A stretch of 63,755 nucleotides of DNA, counting the filler. It is 7 parts of 7 records of this genome, joined end to end, with 100 filler letters (N's around TTAATTAATTAA, not from the genome) between each part and the next. Parts side by side here need not be neighbours in the genome. Positions count along the whole stretch, not along the records: positions 35,112 to 50,467 come from SRR31147125_2983; positions 50,568 to 58,379 come from SRR31147125_2988; positions 58,480 to 63,755 come from SRR31147125_3062; 4 more parts are not named here. One strand, written 5' to 3'. Position numbers and translations under genes: made by a program. Of the stretch, positions 49,531-59,993 are shown piece after piece (positions within the stretch are counted from its first letter, which is position 1; every line of letters begins with the position of its first letter). The notes under the pieces are model-generated. The model searched no databases and was not told where the DNA came from. It saw only the letters and a program-made list of their open reading frames with translations.

Positions 49531-50371
49531 CAATTTAGACCTGGTGTTAAATTATCATAAAACAAAATATTATTACACGGTATTTATAAAAGTCAAGACC
49601 GAAAATCCAACGACTCAACACTACAACATGGAAACTTTCCAAATTTAAAATTTTTCAGTAGATTATCAAATCCATACTATTTCAATATTGTAAAAAACTA
49701 TTCACTTTTTTGCTTTCCTATTATACGAGTCTAAGAAAATCTGGTATTCCTTAACGCTTCCACCACAAATATTAATATGGCGGGGTTTTATATTCTCCTC
49801 TCGCTGGATATCGTTCAGGTCCGAATTTTCAGATAGCGCATCCCTGTTCAGAGCAAATCTATTGTAAGAGAAGAAAAAGGAGAGATTCGTTATTTCAAGT
49901 ACTTGGAAATAAAATCCCGAACCAAAATTATAGGTCTTTTTCCAGTTATCTTTAAATTCAGTCGGTGAAAAAGGAACTGAGATTCATGAATTAAAAGAAA
50001 ACACAAAATCGGTGTTTTGTGCAAATGAATTGACACAATCAAATAGAATCTTTTTCATATCCACCCCTCCTTAATCGCATTATGTTTATTCAATTAGATT
50101 TGTTGCAATGAAACCCCGAGGCCCCTGATTTTGAATTAAATACACGTATATGTTTCTTATCCGACTGTTGGTATGCTTAATTAAATCTACCTTAACTTCT
50201 TGTATTAGTAATATGTTAACAATTCATTACTCTAAAATCAAACGAAAATGTGATGCGGCTTCTGGCTATCAAAATTTAAGATCCTTTTGAGCCATAAACA
50301 GTTTAATAAGCCAATTTAGTCTTCCATGGTATAAGAACCCTAAACAACTAAACTCATCGAAAGGAACGAAC

Positions 50372-50467
50372 ATGCAAATAGGCTACACTAGAATTTCCAC
50401 TGAAGATCAAAAATCCGATCTTCAGATGGATGCACTCAAACAGGCAGGATGTAATAAAGTCTTTCAG
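50372..50467 (+). CDS. Serine recombinase (resolvase/invertase), N-terminus truncated by contig end
   Basis: MQIGYTRISTEDQKSDLQMDALKQAGC, with the catalytic Y.R.S motif. Confidence 0.85.
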
Positions 50468-50567
50468 NNNNNNNNNNNNNNNNNNNNNNNNNNNNNNNNN
50501 NNNNNNNNNNNTTAATTAATTAANNNNNNNNNNNNNNNNNNNNNNNNNNNNNNNNNNNNNNNNNNNN

Positions 50568-51505
50568 GGAGTCAAGTTATGACTTCAGCGATGACTATCG
50601 GTTCGCTTGTAGCCTTCCTGCAATATCTGAATAGACTATACAATCCGATACGTGATATGTTGAGCCTACATTTTGATTTTGTCGGTGCTTCTGTTTCGAT
50701 GAAACGTATTTTGGAGTTTTTAAGAACTCCTGTAGAGAGTGTTGGTAAACCTTTATCAAATCATTTTCAAATTCGTGAAAAAATTGTATTTGAAGGTGTG
50801 ACTTTTAGTTTCAATGAACAGAATAAAGTTTTAGATAATCTAAACTTGAAATTTGAAATGGGGAAAAGATACGCTCTTGTTGGACAAAGTGGTTGCGGGA
50901 AAAGCACACTTATTAATCTAATGTGTCGTTTTTATGATATCAAAGATGGTAATATAAGGATTGATAATAAAAATATTGAAAAAATAAATCTAGATAACCT
51001 TCGCGGTAGGATTGGATTGATCAGTCAAGAGAGCATGCTCTTTCATGATTCAATTCGTAATAATATTGGTTACGGCAATAAGGATCATTCAGTAGAAACA
51101 AAAATTGAAGAAGTAGCTATGATTTCCGGAATATATGAACATATTGTAAAATTAGATGATGGATTTAGTTCAACAGTTGGAGATAAAGGTATTAAATTGT
51201 CAGGCGGTCAAAAACAACGTATTGGTATTGCGCGTGCCCTAATGAAAGAAACTGATATCATTATTTTTGACGAGGCTTTGTCTGGACTTGATTCAGAAAG
51301 TGAAAAAAACATATTTGATAATCTGATAAAAATCTATAAAGGAAAGATTATGGTATTTATAAGCCATCGCTTAAGTACAATAAAAAATGTCGATGAAATA
51401 ATATATATGCATAATGGTAGGATTGTTGAAAAAGGGAATTTCAAACAATTAATTGCAAAGAAAGGATTTTATTGGAATCTTTTTCAGAACCAAATTGAAC
51501 AGTAA
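50568..51505 (+). CDS. ABC exporter, fused permease/ATPase, 5' truncated
   Basis: GQSGCGKST, LSGGQKQR, FDEA, SHRLST. Confidence 0.95.
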
Positions 51506-51545
51506 ATACTATATGCAATAATACGGATTATCAATATGCGAATCT

Positions 51546-52340
51546 ATGAAATATCTTGCTACAGACTTAGATAAAACACTAATTCCAAATGGAAATGCGC
51601 CTTATGATAACACATTAGATTTGCTTTTTGAGATAATAAATAGAAATAAATTTGGGTTGATATATGTTTCAGGACGTTCTTTATCTTCAGTAATTAAGTT
51701 AATTCATCAATATAATTTGAAACAACCACTATTTATAGTTGCTCAAGTTGGAACAAAAATATATTCACTAAAGAATGAACCTTTTGAAATAAAATCATGG
51801 AATAAACATATTAAAAAGAACAATCCTTGCTGGAGTCATGTAAAGATAAAAAATGTTCTTTCTAGCAATACAAAGATATTTTTACAAAATTATTGTGAGC
51901 AAAATGAGTTTAAAATTAGTTATTTTATAAAAAGTTTTAATGAAGCAGATCAGATAAGTGATGAAATTCAATCTCAACTTGAAGAACAAGGAATTCAATC
52001 TCATATTATTCTTCTCAAAGAAAATGAAACAAAAGTTGTTTATTTAGATATTTTACCTAAAAATGTTAACAAATATTATGCACTTAAATTTTTAGAGAAA
52101 TACATTGAACTTGAAGATATTATTTTTACCGGTGACAGCGGAAATGATTTAGATGTATTTAAGTTGGATATTAAAGGAATACTTGTTAAAAATGCATCAC
52201 AAGAAATCAAAAATGAAGTATTGAAATTTAATTCTAATTGTTATATTTCTTCTGGCAAAAAAAATAGTCTTAATGGTAATTATTCAAGTGGGATTATTGA
52301 AGGTTTAATTTATTATAAATGGATTATAAGTGCTGTCTGA
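51546..52340 (+). CDS. HAD-IIB phosphatase (sucrose-phosphatase-like)
   Basis: ATDLDKTL, VSGRS, FKISY, GDSGND. Confidence 0.88.
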   Translation: MKYLATDLDKTLIPNGNAPYDNTLDLLFEIINRNKFGLIYVSGRSLSSVIKLIHQYNLKQPLFIVAQVGTKIYSLKNEPFEIKSWNKHIKKNNPCWSHVKIKNVLSSNTKIFLQNYCEQNEFKISYFIKSFNEADQISDEIQSQLEEQGIQSHIILLKENETKVVYLDILPKNVNKYYALKFLEKYIELEDIIFTGDSGNDLDVFKLDIKGILVKNASQEIKNEVLKFNSNCYISSGKKNSLNGNYSSGIIEGLIYYKWIISAV

Positions 52341-52619
52341 TAAGAGGTAAGGCTACACTTTAAAAATACGAATATTGCAAGTGACATTAATTGCTTATGT
52401 TCAATTTGTAGTCAATAAATTTAATCTTTAAAGAAGATCGCCTTAAAATAAATAATACGAAGAGAATCTTTGATTTAATACAACTTAGCATATCAGTCCA
52501 AATTCGAAGAATCCATTCGTTTACCCTAAGTCCAATTAGAGAAATAATTCTGATCTGTAAAGTAATAATATGTCTTTAACCGGATTATTGCTTTTCAATC
52601 GCAGAATAATATTGCGCAC

Positions 52620-53323
52620 GTGGAAAGCATAGAAAAATACAATTGCCTTGTTCTCATTAAAAACAATCTTTTTTATAAGCTGCGTCCGTTTTTAAATGGT
52701 AATTTGAATGTAATTATTAAACAACGGTTTGGTGAATTATTGCACTCAGTACGTTTCAATGTAGTACATTGTGTCGTTTTATATTGCGAAACACCGGATC
52801 ATTTTGAGACGAAAAATCTCTATCAGTTTAAGCAAAAGTTTCCGGCCATACCTCTATTAATAATTTTACCGGAAAGATGGATAAAGACAGCTCATGAATT
52901 TGGGAAGGCAGGTGTGGAAAAGGTAATACATTCTTCTGATATTGATCAGTTAAATGAAGAGGTAAGCAATCTAATCCATCAACACGCCATAAAGATTACT
53001 CTAAAAGACATTGGGATAAGCCAACTGAATTATTCCCCAAAATTGAATGAGGCTTTGAATATCATAGAAAAAGATTACCTCTCCTTAATGGGGGTAAAAG
53101 AAATAGCCAATGCTTTAGAAATTAATGAATGTACCTTATCCCGTGAGTTCAATAAGTATGATTTGCCAGGACAAAACGTATTTTAATGTATCTAAAGGTA
53201 CATCATGCCATGCAATTGATGCAAAATAAGGGGTTAAGCAAGTCGGAAATCGCATTGCTTTCCGGTTTTAGTAATGAAAAGAGGCTAGAAGAGTGCATCC
53301 AGCGTTTATCTAAATCTACATAA
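52620..53323 (+). CDS. AraC-type regulator with a receiver-like N-terminus (frameshift near 53170)
   Basis: First HTH VKEIANALEINECTLSREF; a second frame gives KSEIALLSGFSNEKRL to TAA 53321-53323. Confidence 0.7.
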
Positions 53324-53406
53324 ATCAAAAAAAGGTTAATATGTCAATTTTTGGTCAAGAAACATATTTAAATCCACTATAATTTTAACTAATAATAATT
53401 TTAGCA

Positions 53407-54315
53407 ATGAGCACAACTACAATACCAACATACATTATTGAAGAACACCATGAAGCTTTTATTGCCTGGCATCATGCAATTAAAAAAGTTTATATCCCTT
53501 CTTCTGGGAATACTCTTTTTCATGTGGATGAACATTCGGACATGGGATGTCCGCGTTTCAATAGTTCCATTAATCATCTTAATGGAGATCATGACAAAGT
53601 AATTGAGTTTACGTATACTGAATTGAGTATTGCAGATTTTATAATACCATCGATTTATAAAGGTTACTTTGACAAAGTATTTTGGGTGCGACAGAATCAT
53701 CGTTCAAAGAAAAGAAAATCTGTAAATATGTTTGTAAGATCCTATAACAGGGATGGGAAACGATTACTTAGCGGGAAAATAAATGATCTTCTAAGAACAG
53801 ATGATTTACAAACCTATGAATCTGAAACAGATTTTCAAAAATTTAAATATAATCTAAGGACTATTGATCAGATACCAAGTGGATTAAATGTTGTTTTAGA
53901 TATTGATTTGGATTATTTCTCCTGTTCTGGAAATCCAACGGAGTTAGAAGAGTTATATATAGAGATTACAAAAGATGAGTATGATACATTCATCAATAAT
54001 AGATATCACAGAATACATTATATGAACATTGGGAGAAAAATCAAAGTTGAGAAACATTTCGATAAGTATTATTACGTCATTAATGACTTTGAAGAAATAT
54101 ATCCCAATAAGTTACGGGTTGACAATAATGTGATAATAAAACGAATTAAATATTTCATTGATAAACTCACAGATAAAAAAGTTGTTCCCAAAATCATTTG
54201 TATATGTAGATCGCGCTATAGTGGGTATACTCCAACTGATCAATGGGAACTGATTGAGCGGGAACTTTTGTCACGATTGCATGAGAAGTATAAAATATCA
54301 TTCAAATATATTTAA
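53407..54315 (+). CDS. UPF0489-family protein, putative RiPP peptide arginase
   Basis: EEHHEAF, HVDEHSDM, LSIADFI, LDIDLDYFSC, RSRYSGYTP. Confidence 0.85.
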   Translation: MSTTTIPTYIIEEHHEAFIAWHHAIKKVYIPSSGNTLFHVDEHSDMGCPRFNSSINHLNGDHDKVIEFTYTELSIADFIIPSIYKGYFDKVFWVRQNHRSKKRKSVNMFVRSYNRDGKRLLSGKINDLLRTDDLQTYESETDFQKFKYNLRTIDQIPSGLNVVLDIDLDYFSCSGNPTELEELYIEITKDEYDTFINNRYHRIHYMNIGRKIKVEKHFDKYYYVINDFEEIYPNKLRVDNNVIIKRIKYFIDKLTDKKVVPKIICICRSRYSGYTPTDQWELIERELLSRLHEKYKISFKYI

Positions 54316-54339
54316 TGAAAAAATAATTATTGACCAATT

Positions 54340-55191
54340 ATGCAAAGAGTATTTACTATTCCTTTTATTGAAAACATTATAGAAGAAATGAATGAATTTC
54401 CGCTAGTAATACGGACAAATACGTTCTCGGATATTGAAGAAATAAATGAATATTTTAAGGCTACATCTAAAAGGCCAGTGTGCATTCTTTTGAACATTGG
54501 AGATTCTGATATAGGACAAGAATTAAGGCACATGCCAATTTTACCAGTGCAAGTTCACCTTTATATTAACAAGTTAAATTTCCCGTTAACAGAGATAATA
54601 ACTACTAACAATTTCCGAATTTATCTGAATGCCAGTTACAGCAAGAACTTTGATCATATCAAATCGCTCTCTAAAAAAGGAATCAAAAGTGGCTTTTTCT
54701 TTGGAAATGAGAATGAAATTAAATGGATGAATATCAATGATTTATTTGAATTTTGCATCAAACATTTAAATGAAGGTAATACTATAGAGCCATTCGCAAG
54801 TATTACTAATAACTTTAAAAAGAGAGAGGTAAATTATTTTGGAAAATACTACTTCAATGATTACTCCATATATAGTCATATTGATGAAAGAGGAAATGCG
54901 TATTTAACTTTAGAAGATATGCAAACTGGTATGAATCCGATAAACATGCAAGACAAAAATTGGCTGTCAAAACTTGATGATAGAATAGTTGAAAAGGGAA
55001 AAGAGTATTTTAAGTTTTTCCTTGAATTTCATGAATGTAGTTCCTGTGTAGGTTGGAATGTTTGTAGAGGAACTTTTAAAGAAAATAAGGATAAACGATT
55101 ATGCAAGTCTACTTTTGAAATAATCTATTCACATATGAATGAGGTAATTGCAAATTCCTCAACACAAAAGACACAAAAGACACAAAATTAA
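54340..55191 (+). CDS. Hypothetical protein with a SPASM-like Cys-rich C-terminus but no radical SAM motif
   Basis: ECSSCVGWNVCRG...LC; no CxxxCxxC. Confidence 0.65.
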   Translation: MQRVFTIPFIENIIEEMNEFPLVIRTNTFSDIEEINEYFKATSKRPVCILLNIGDSDIGQELRHMPILPVQVHLYINKLNFPLTEIITTNNFRIYLNASYSKNFDHIKSLSKKGIKSGFFFGNENEIKWMNINDLFEFCIKHLNEGNTIEPFASITNNFKKREVNYFGKYYFNDYSIYSHIDERGNAYLTLEDMQTGMNPINMQDKNWLSKLDDRIVEKGKEYFKFFLEFHECSSCVGWNVCRGTFKENKDKRLCKSTFEIIYSHMNEVIANSSTQKTQKTQN

Positions 55192-56310
55192 TGAGAACTA
55201 TTATTTTTAAAGCAATAGAAAAATGTAATGCCAGTTGTGTTTATTGCGACGTAATCAAAAAGAAGCAAAATGTTGTTATGGACTTCGAGCTTCTTGAACT
55301 GATATTTAAAAAGATTGATGAATTTCTACAAAAGTATCCAGAGGAAGAAATCGAGTTCTTGTGGCATGGTGGTGAAGTTGCGCTTTTAGGGGCTCGATAT
55401 TTTGAGACTGCCAGAATAATACAAGACAAACAATGTCCTAACACAAAAGAAAGAATTAAACATGCAACCCAATCCAATATTACTGCCATAAATCAAGAAA
55501 TAATAGATTCATTGAAAGCTTTGGGGATTAGGAGTCTTGGGACAAGTTACGATATGATACCAGGTGTTCGGGGACTTGGTCAAGAAAACCGACACAATGG
55601 CTTATAATTCTAGATTTCTAGAAAATATAGAACTACTTCGGAAAAATAACATCGTGTGTGGTATTATTTATGTAGTTCATAAAAGATCACTTAATAAGGC
55701 AGCAGATATTTATCATCATCTTTCTAATATTGTATATGATGGTAGTGTTAAATTCAATATGATCCATATTTATGGTGAGGATAAATATGGACTAAAAATC
55801 ACAGAAGAGGAGTTTGCACATTTTGTTGGACAAACATTTAACGAATGGTGGAAATATAAATATACTTCGGCTCAAGGAACTTCTTTCAGAGATTATTATT
55901 ATGCACTTACAAAAGGAGAATTCACAAGCTCTTGTATCAATACAGGAAACTGTGCATATCGGTGGTGTTATATAGATCCAACTGGTAAAGCTGCCCATTG
56001 CAGTGAGGGGGGCGACTATGGATATCCATATTATGGAAATATTCAAGAAAGTTCACTTGAAGATATATTTGCTCATGATGATAGAGAAAAATTATTAAAT
56101 AGAAATTATATTCTTCCTACAAATGAATGTGAAGATTGTCGATTCTGGGGAGTTTGTAGAGGAGGATGTCCATGGGCTGCATATAATAGAAATGATAATT
56201 TGAACTCAAAAATCGGGTGCACATATAAGAAAATCTTACTATCAGAATACATTGAACCAGCTATTGGGAAAAAATTTGCTTTAAAACCATACAATCTTAT
56301 TACTGAATAA
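55191..56310 (+). CDS. Radical SAM/SPASM-domain maturase (frameshift near 55585)
   Basis: CNASCVYC, WHGGE, TQSN; SPASM cysteines in SSCINTGNC, AHC, ECEDCRFWGVCRGGCP and GC. Confidence 0.92.
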
Positions 56311-58223
56311 TGAAAAAAGTTTATATAGTAATTATCATTCAGGTACTTTTAGTTCGAAGCTCAATTGCACAGAGTATTTCAATTGTTCAAATTGAAAAGC
56401 GGGCAAAAACTGCTTATACTATTAAACAAGAAAATTACAAAGAAACTAAAACTAATTTTACTTCTCCCGAAGTTGGTTATTCAATCATTAATTCAAAGAA
56501 TAATCCATTGACTTATTCTTTTCTCAAGAATAGACAGTATTACTGGCATAAGAATTTTGAGCAAGATTTAGAATTAAAATGCGACTCTGCCCAAATACAA
56601 ATAATTTGTTATTCAAAAGGTATAGCTGAATATGATGTTTATCTCAAAATTGGCGAAGATAAATTCATAACTAAGAAAATAAAAGTTAGTCAAAATGGAC
56701 TACAGTCACCTGTTGTAATTGTATTGAACGAATTAAGTGTTTTTGGAGACACATTGTCTCCATTGCCAGACAATGACAAAATATTGAATGTCGAGGAGAT
56801 AATATTATCAATATTACCTCGGGAGAAAAGATTCAAATTCGACGTATCAGAATTAAGGATACTGGAGTTATTTGAGTATGAAAGAGAAACAAACAATCCC
56901 TTTTTTGATAAAATTACAGGTAACAATTCTTTTGAAAATTTGAATGGAAATTCCATTAATATAGAAAGTGATTATTTGTTAACTGGAGATTATAAAGACT
57001 ATGGAGAATTAGAATCCCGAGAGTTCTTTGTAAAAGTAAACCAAAAGGAATATGATCACAAAAATGTAGTATTGAAAGTTATGAGCAAAGTATTGGAGTA
57101 TTATCCTTTTTATGAATATACTACTGTGAATAAGGTAAAGGTTTTAAATACTATTGGTCGACTCCAGAAATCAGACATTAGTTATCAAATGTGCTTAGAT
57201 AGTTTAGTCGATATCATCAATCGATATGAAGATCCACACTTTTTTGTTTTAAGAGGACCTTGGGAAACAAAAGAAAACAAAAGAACTAATAAGCATAAAT
57301 GGATTAATCCTCTTCCATTCTTTGAGTTTTATAATCAAATATATATTGCCGGAGTTTTTGATACGACATTACAATCTATTATCTCTCCAGGCGATAAGGT
57401 ATTGAAATGCACTTGTTATGAAGATATAAACACAATTGAAGACACAACTTTTATAAGAACAAATTCTATCTTATCCCTAAAAGAATCATGTGAAAATATC
57501 TTTATCGTTACTGTTAATAATAAAGGTGATACGTTGCAAACATTCCTCGATTATGATTATGATAATATATGCATCCCGGATAATTTTAAACCCAAAAATT
57601 CGGATTTTAAACAAATTGAGAATATTAGTTATTTTAAAGTAAATAGAATTGACCATGATACGTATAGGCATTTTGTTGCAAATAGAAATATCATTAAAAA
57701 ATCAAAGGGGCTGGTAATTGATTTAAGAAACTGTGGTGGTGGCAATTCTTCAGTTGCTAGTAAAATAATTGCCCATTTCATTAATGAACCTGTTATTGTC
57801 AAAAATACAACAATAACAGGAATTGATTCATATAAAGAAAGTGTTGTCGTTAAACCTCATGGTCGTAAAAGTCTTCAATTACCAATAACTGTTTTGGTAA
57901 ATAAACGGACAGCATGTGGTGCAGAATATTTTTCTTATCTACTAAAATGCCATGCAAATGCTAAACTTATTGGGAATTCGAATACAGCAGGAGCAATGGC
58001 TACAACTCATGATATTGTGTTTCCTGATGGTCTAATAATTCGAATAGATTGTTTATCTAAGACAGAATTTTACCCTAAAACCCTGATAGAAAATATCGGT
58101 TTAAGTCCTGACATATGGGTAGTTAATTCAAAAGTAGAAGATTTATATCCATACAGTGATAAAATTTTAGAAACTGCGCTTCTTTATTTACGCGCATGTA
58201 AATATAAAAAGCGATTATTTTAA
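56310..58223 (+). CDS. Secreted S41-family peptidase
   Basis: Signal peptide, DPH, GLVIDLRNCGGG, VLVNKRTACGAE, IG..TAGA, IENIGLSPDIWV. Confidence 0.85.
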   Translation: MKKVYIVIIIQVLLVRSSIAQSISIVQIEKRAKTAYTIKQENYKETKTNFTSPEVGYSIINSKNNPLTYSFLKNRQYYWHKNFEQDLELKCDSAQIQIICYSKGIAEYDVYLKIGEDKFITKKIKVSQNGLQSPVVIVLNELSVFGDTLSPLPDNDKILNVEEIILSILPREKRFKFDVSELRILELFEYERETNNPFFDKITGNNSFENLNGNSINIESDYLLTGDYKDYGELESREFFVKVNQKEYDHKNVVLKVMSKVLEYYPFYEYTTVNKVKVLNTIGRLQKSDISYQMCLDSLVDIINRYEDPHFFVLRGPWETKENKRTNKHKWINPLPFFEFYNQIYIAGVFDTTLQSIISPGDKVLKCTCYEDINTIEDTTFIRTNSILSLKESCENIFIVTVNNKGDTLQTFLDYDYDNICIPDNFKPKNSDFKQIENISYFKVNRIDHDTYRHFVANRNIIKKSKGLVIDLRNCGGGNSSVASKIIAHFINEPVIVKNTTITGIDSYKESVVVKPHGRKSLQLPITVLVNKRTACGAEYFSYLLKCHANAKLIGNSNTAGAMATTHDIVFPDGLIIRIDCLSKTEFYPKTLIENIGLSPDIWVVNSKVEDLYPYSDKILETALLYLRACKYKKRLF

Positions 58224-58251
58224 CATAATAAGTCACGCAAAATTTATTGCT

Positions 58252-58379
58252 ATGAAAGAACTTAAAAAGAAAAAGAAAAAAACGGAAGTATTTGAACGTA
58301 TGAATGTCAATGCTTTTCATGAAAATGGAACAAATTATTCAAGAGGAGGATATTATGACCAAGGGCGAGGCTCTAGTGA
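58252..58379 (+). CDS. Putative RiPP precursor peptide, open at contig end
   Basis: MKELKKKKKKTEVFERMNVNAFHENGTNYSRGGYYDQGRGSS..., starting 29 nt after the S41 stop. Not in the ORF track. Confidence 0.55.
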
Positions 58380-58498
58380 NNNNNNNNNNNNNNNNNNNNN
58401 NNNNNNNNNNNNNNNNNNNNNNNTTAATTAATTAANNNNNNNNNNNNNNNNNNNNNNNNNNNNNNNNNNNNNNNNNNNNAGTTGAAAAATTTCTATTT

Positions 58499-59692
58499 TC
58501 AACAGTCCCTTAGTATATTAAATAGTGATTCCATAAAAATCTCTTTTGTATAATTTTTTTCATAATAGCGTCTGCCATTCATTCCTTTTTGCTTATAAGA
58601 ATCAAAATTATCTATTACTAAGTTCATTTTTTCAGCTAATGCCTCTGCATCAGATGCTTCTACAACCTCTCCGCAGTCTGCATCTTTTATCATCTCATTA
58701 GCAGCTCCATCTATGGCTCCAACTATTGGCTTACCTGCACTTAAATATCCTTGAGCTTTAGCAGGTAAAGTCATACCTATAAAGTTATCTGCACTTAATG
58801 TCAGCAAAAAGCAGTCAGCTGATTTATAATAGGGTATTGTCTCCATTTGAGGCACTCTGCCGTGGAAAAGTATTTTATCATCCAAACCTTTGCTGTATGC
58901 TAAATCTTTGCAGTTATCAAGCTCCGATCCATCACCTAAAATATGGACTTTAAATTTTTTATCTTTGGCTATCAACTCTGCAGCTTCTATTATGCAGTCA
59001 ATGTTTTGCACAGAGCCTATGTTTCCTGCAAATAGAAAATCAATAACTCCATTATCTTCATATTCTCCTGCAATGTCTTTATATATATCCTCAGCGTGCT
59101 GCGGAAGATAAACAATTTTATCATTGTCTACTTTACATACATCTATTAAGTACTCTCTGAATGGCTTAGAAGTAATAGCAACAATATCACAGCTTCTATA
59201 AAGCCATCCGCTAAATGATTTAACCATTTTGTATATAAGGCTGCTTTCCTTTACTCCCCATGCCTTCATGCATTCTGGCCACAAATCGCAGCAGTAAAGC
59301 ACCAGTTTCTTGCCCGTGCGTTTTTTCCATATTATAGCTGGCAGAGCCTGAAATACTGGCGATGTCTCATATACAAAAATAGCATCACAGCTAGGCTTTT
59401 TACTAAAAACTGCATAAAAAGAAGACGTTAATATAAAAGAAGCATAGTTAAGTGCTCTAAATACTACACCTTTACGCCTTGCAATTATAGGCACCCTTTT
59501 AATAGTCGCTCCCAGAGCTTTTTGCTTTCTGTTTCTAAAGAATCTATATTCCTTAGGTATTGTGCCTGTTTGATAGTCAGGCAGACCAGTCAACACATTA
59601 ACTTCATGCCCCAGTATTGCTAATTCCTGAGTAATTTCATTTATTTTAAAATTATCTGGATAATAAAACTGGGATACAATCTGTATGTTCAT
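58499..59692 (-). CDS. GT4-family glycosyltransferase (capsule/EPS)
   Basis: VSQFYYPD, VLTGLPDY, DLWPE, FAGNIGSVQ, LPAK.QGYLSAGKP. Confidence 0.92.
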   Translation of the reverse strand: MNIQIVSQFYYPDNFKINEITQELAILGHEVNVLTGLPDYQTGTIPKEYRFFRNRKQKALGATIKRVPIIARRKGVVFRALNYASFILTSSFYAVFSKKPSCDAIFVYETSPVFQALPAIIWKKRTGKKLVLYCCDLWPECMKAWGVKESSLIYKMVKSFSGWLYRSCDIVAITSKPFREYLIDVCKVDNDKIVYLPQHAEDIYKDIAGEYEDNGVIDFLFAGNIGSVQNIDCIIEAAELIAKDKKFKVHILGDGSELDNCKDLAYSKGLDDKILFHGRVPQMETIPYYKSADCFLLTLSADNFIGMTLPAKAQGYLSAGKPIVGAIDGAANEMIKDADCGEVVEASDAEALAEKMNLVIDNFDSYKQKGMNGRRYYEKNYTKEIFMESLFNILRDC

Positions 59693-59993
59693 AAAACTAC
59701 TTTCTACTGTTACTTTCTATTTAAATGCCTTACATTTTAAAGGCATAATAGTGTTTTTAACTATCTCATAAATAATAACATATTTTTTACTATTAATCAT
59801 CTTTTTTATAAAATTATTTGCCATCACATATATTAAGTTTTGCATTAAAAAGCATTAAAAGACAGATATAAACATTATAAATATGTTAAAAGTCAACACA
59901 AAGTGTTTAAACCTATTAATAATAGGTTAATTATTTTGTATAGCATTTGCATAGCAGCAATTCAATTAAATGCTATAGAAGGAGGCTAAAATT

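Noticed and set aside
55191-56310. Radical SAM enzyme as the anaerobic maturase for the sulfatases at 40777-43891
   Set aside because: The sulfatases are on a different contig. The local context (arginase, peptidase, small ORF) favours a peptide maturase, although a sulfatase-maturase-like fold cannot be excluded from motifs alone.
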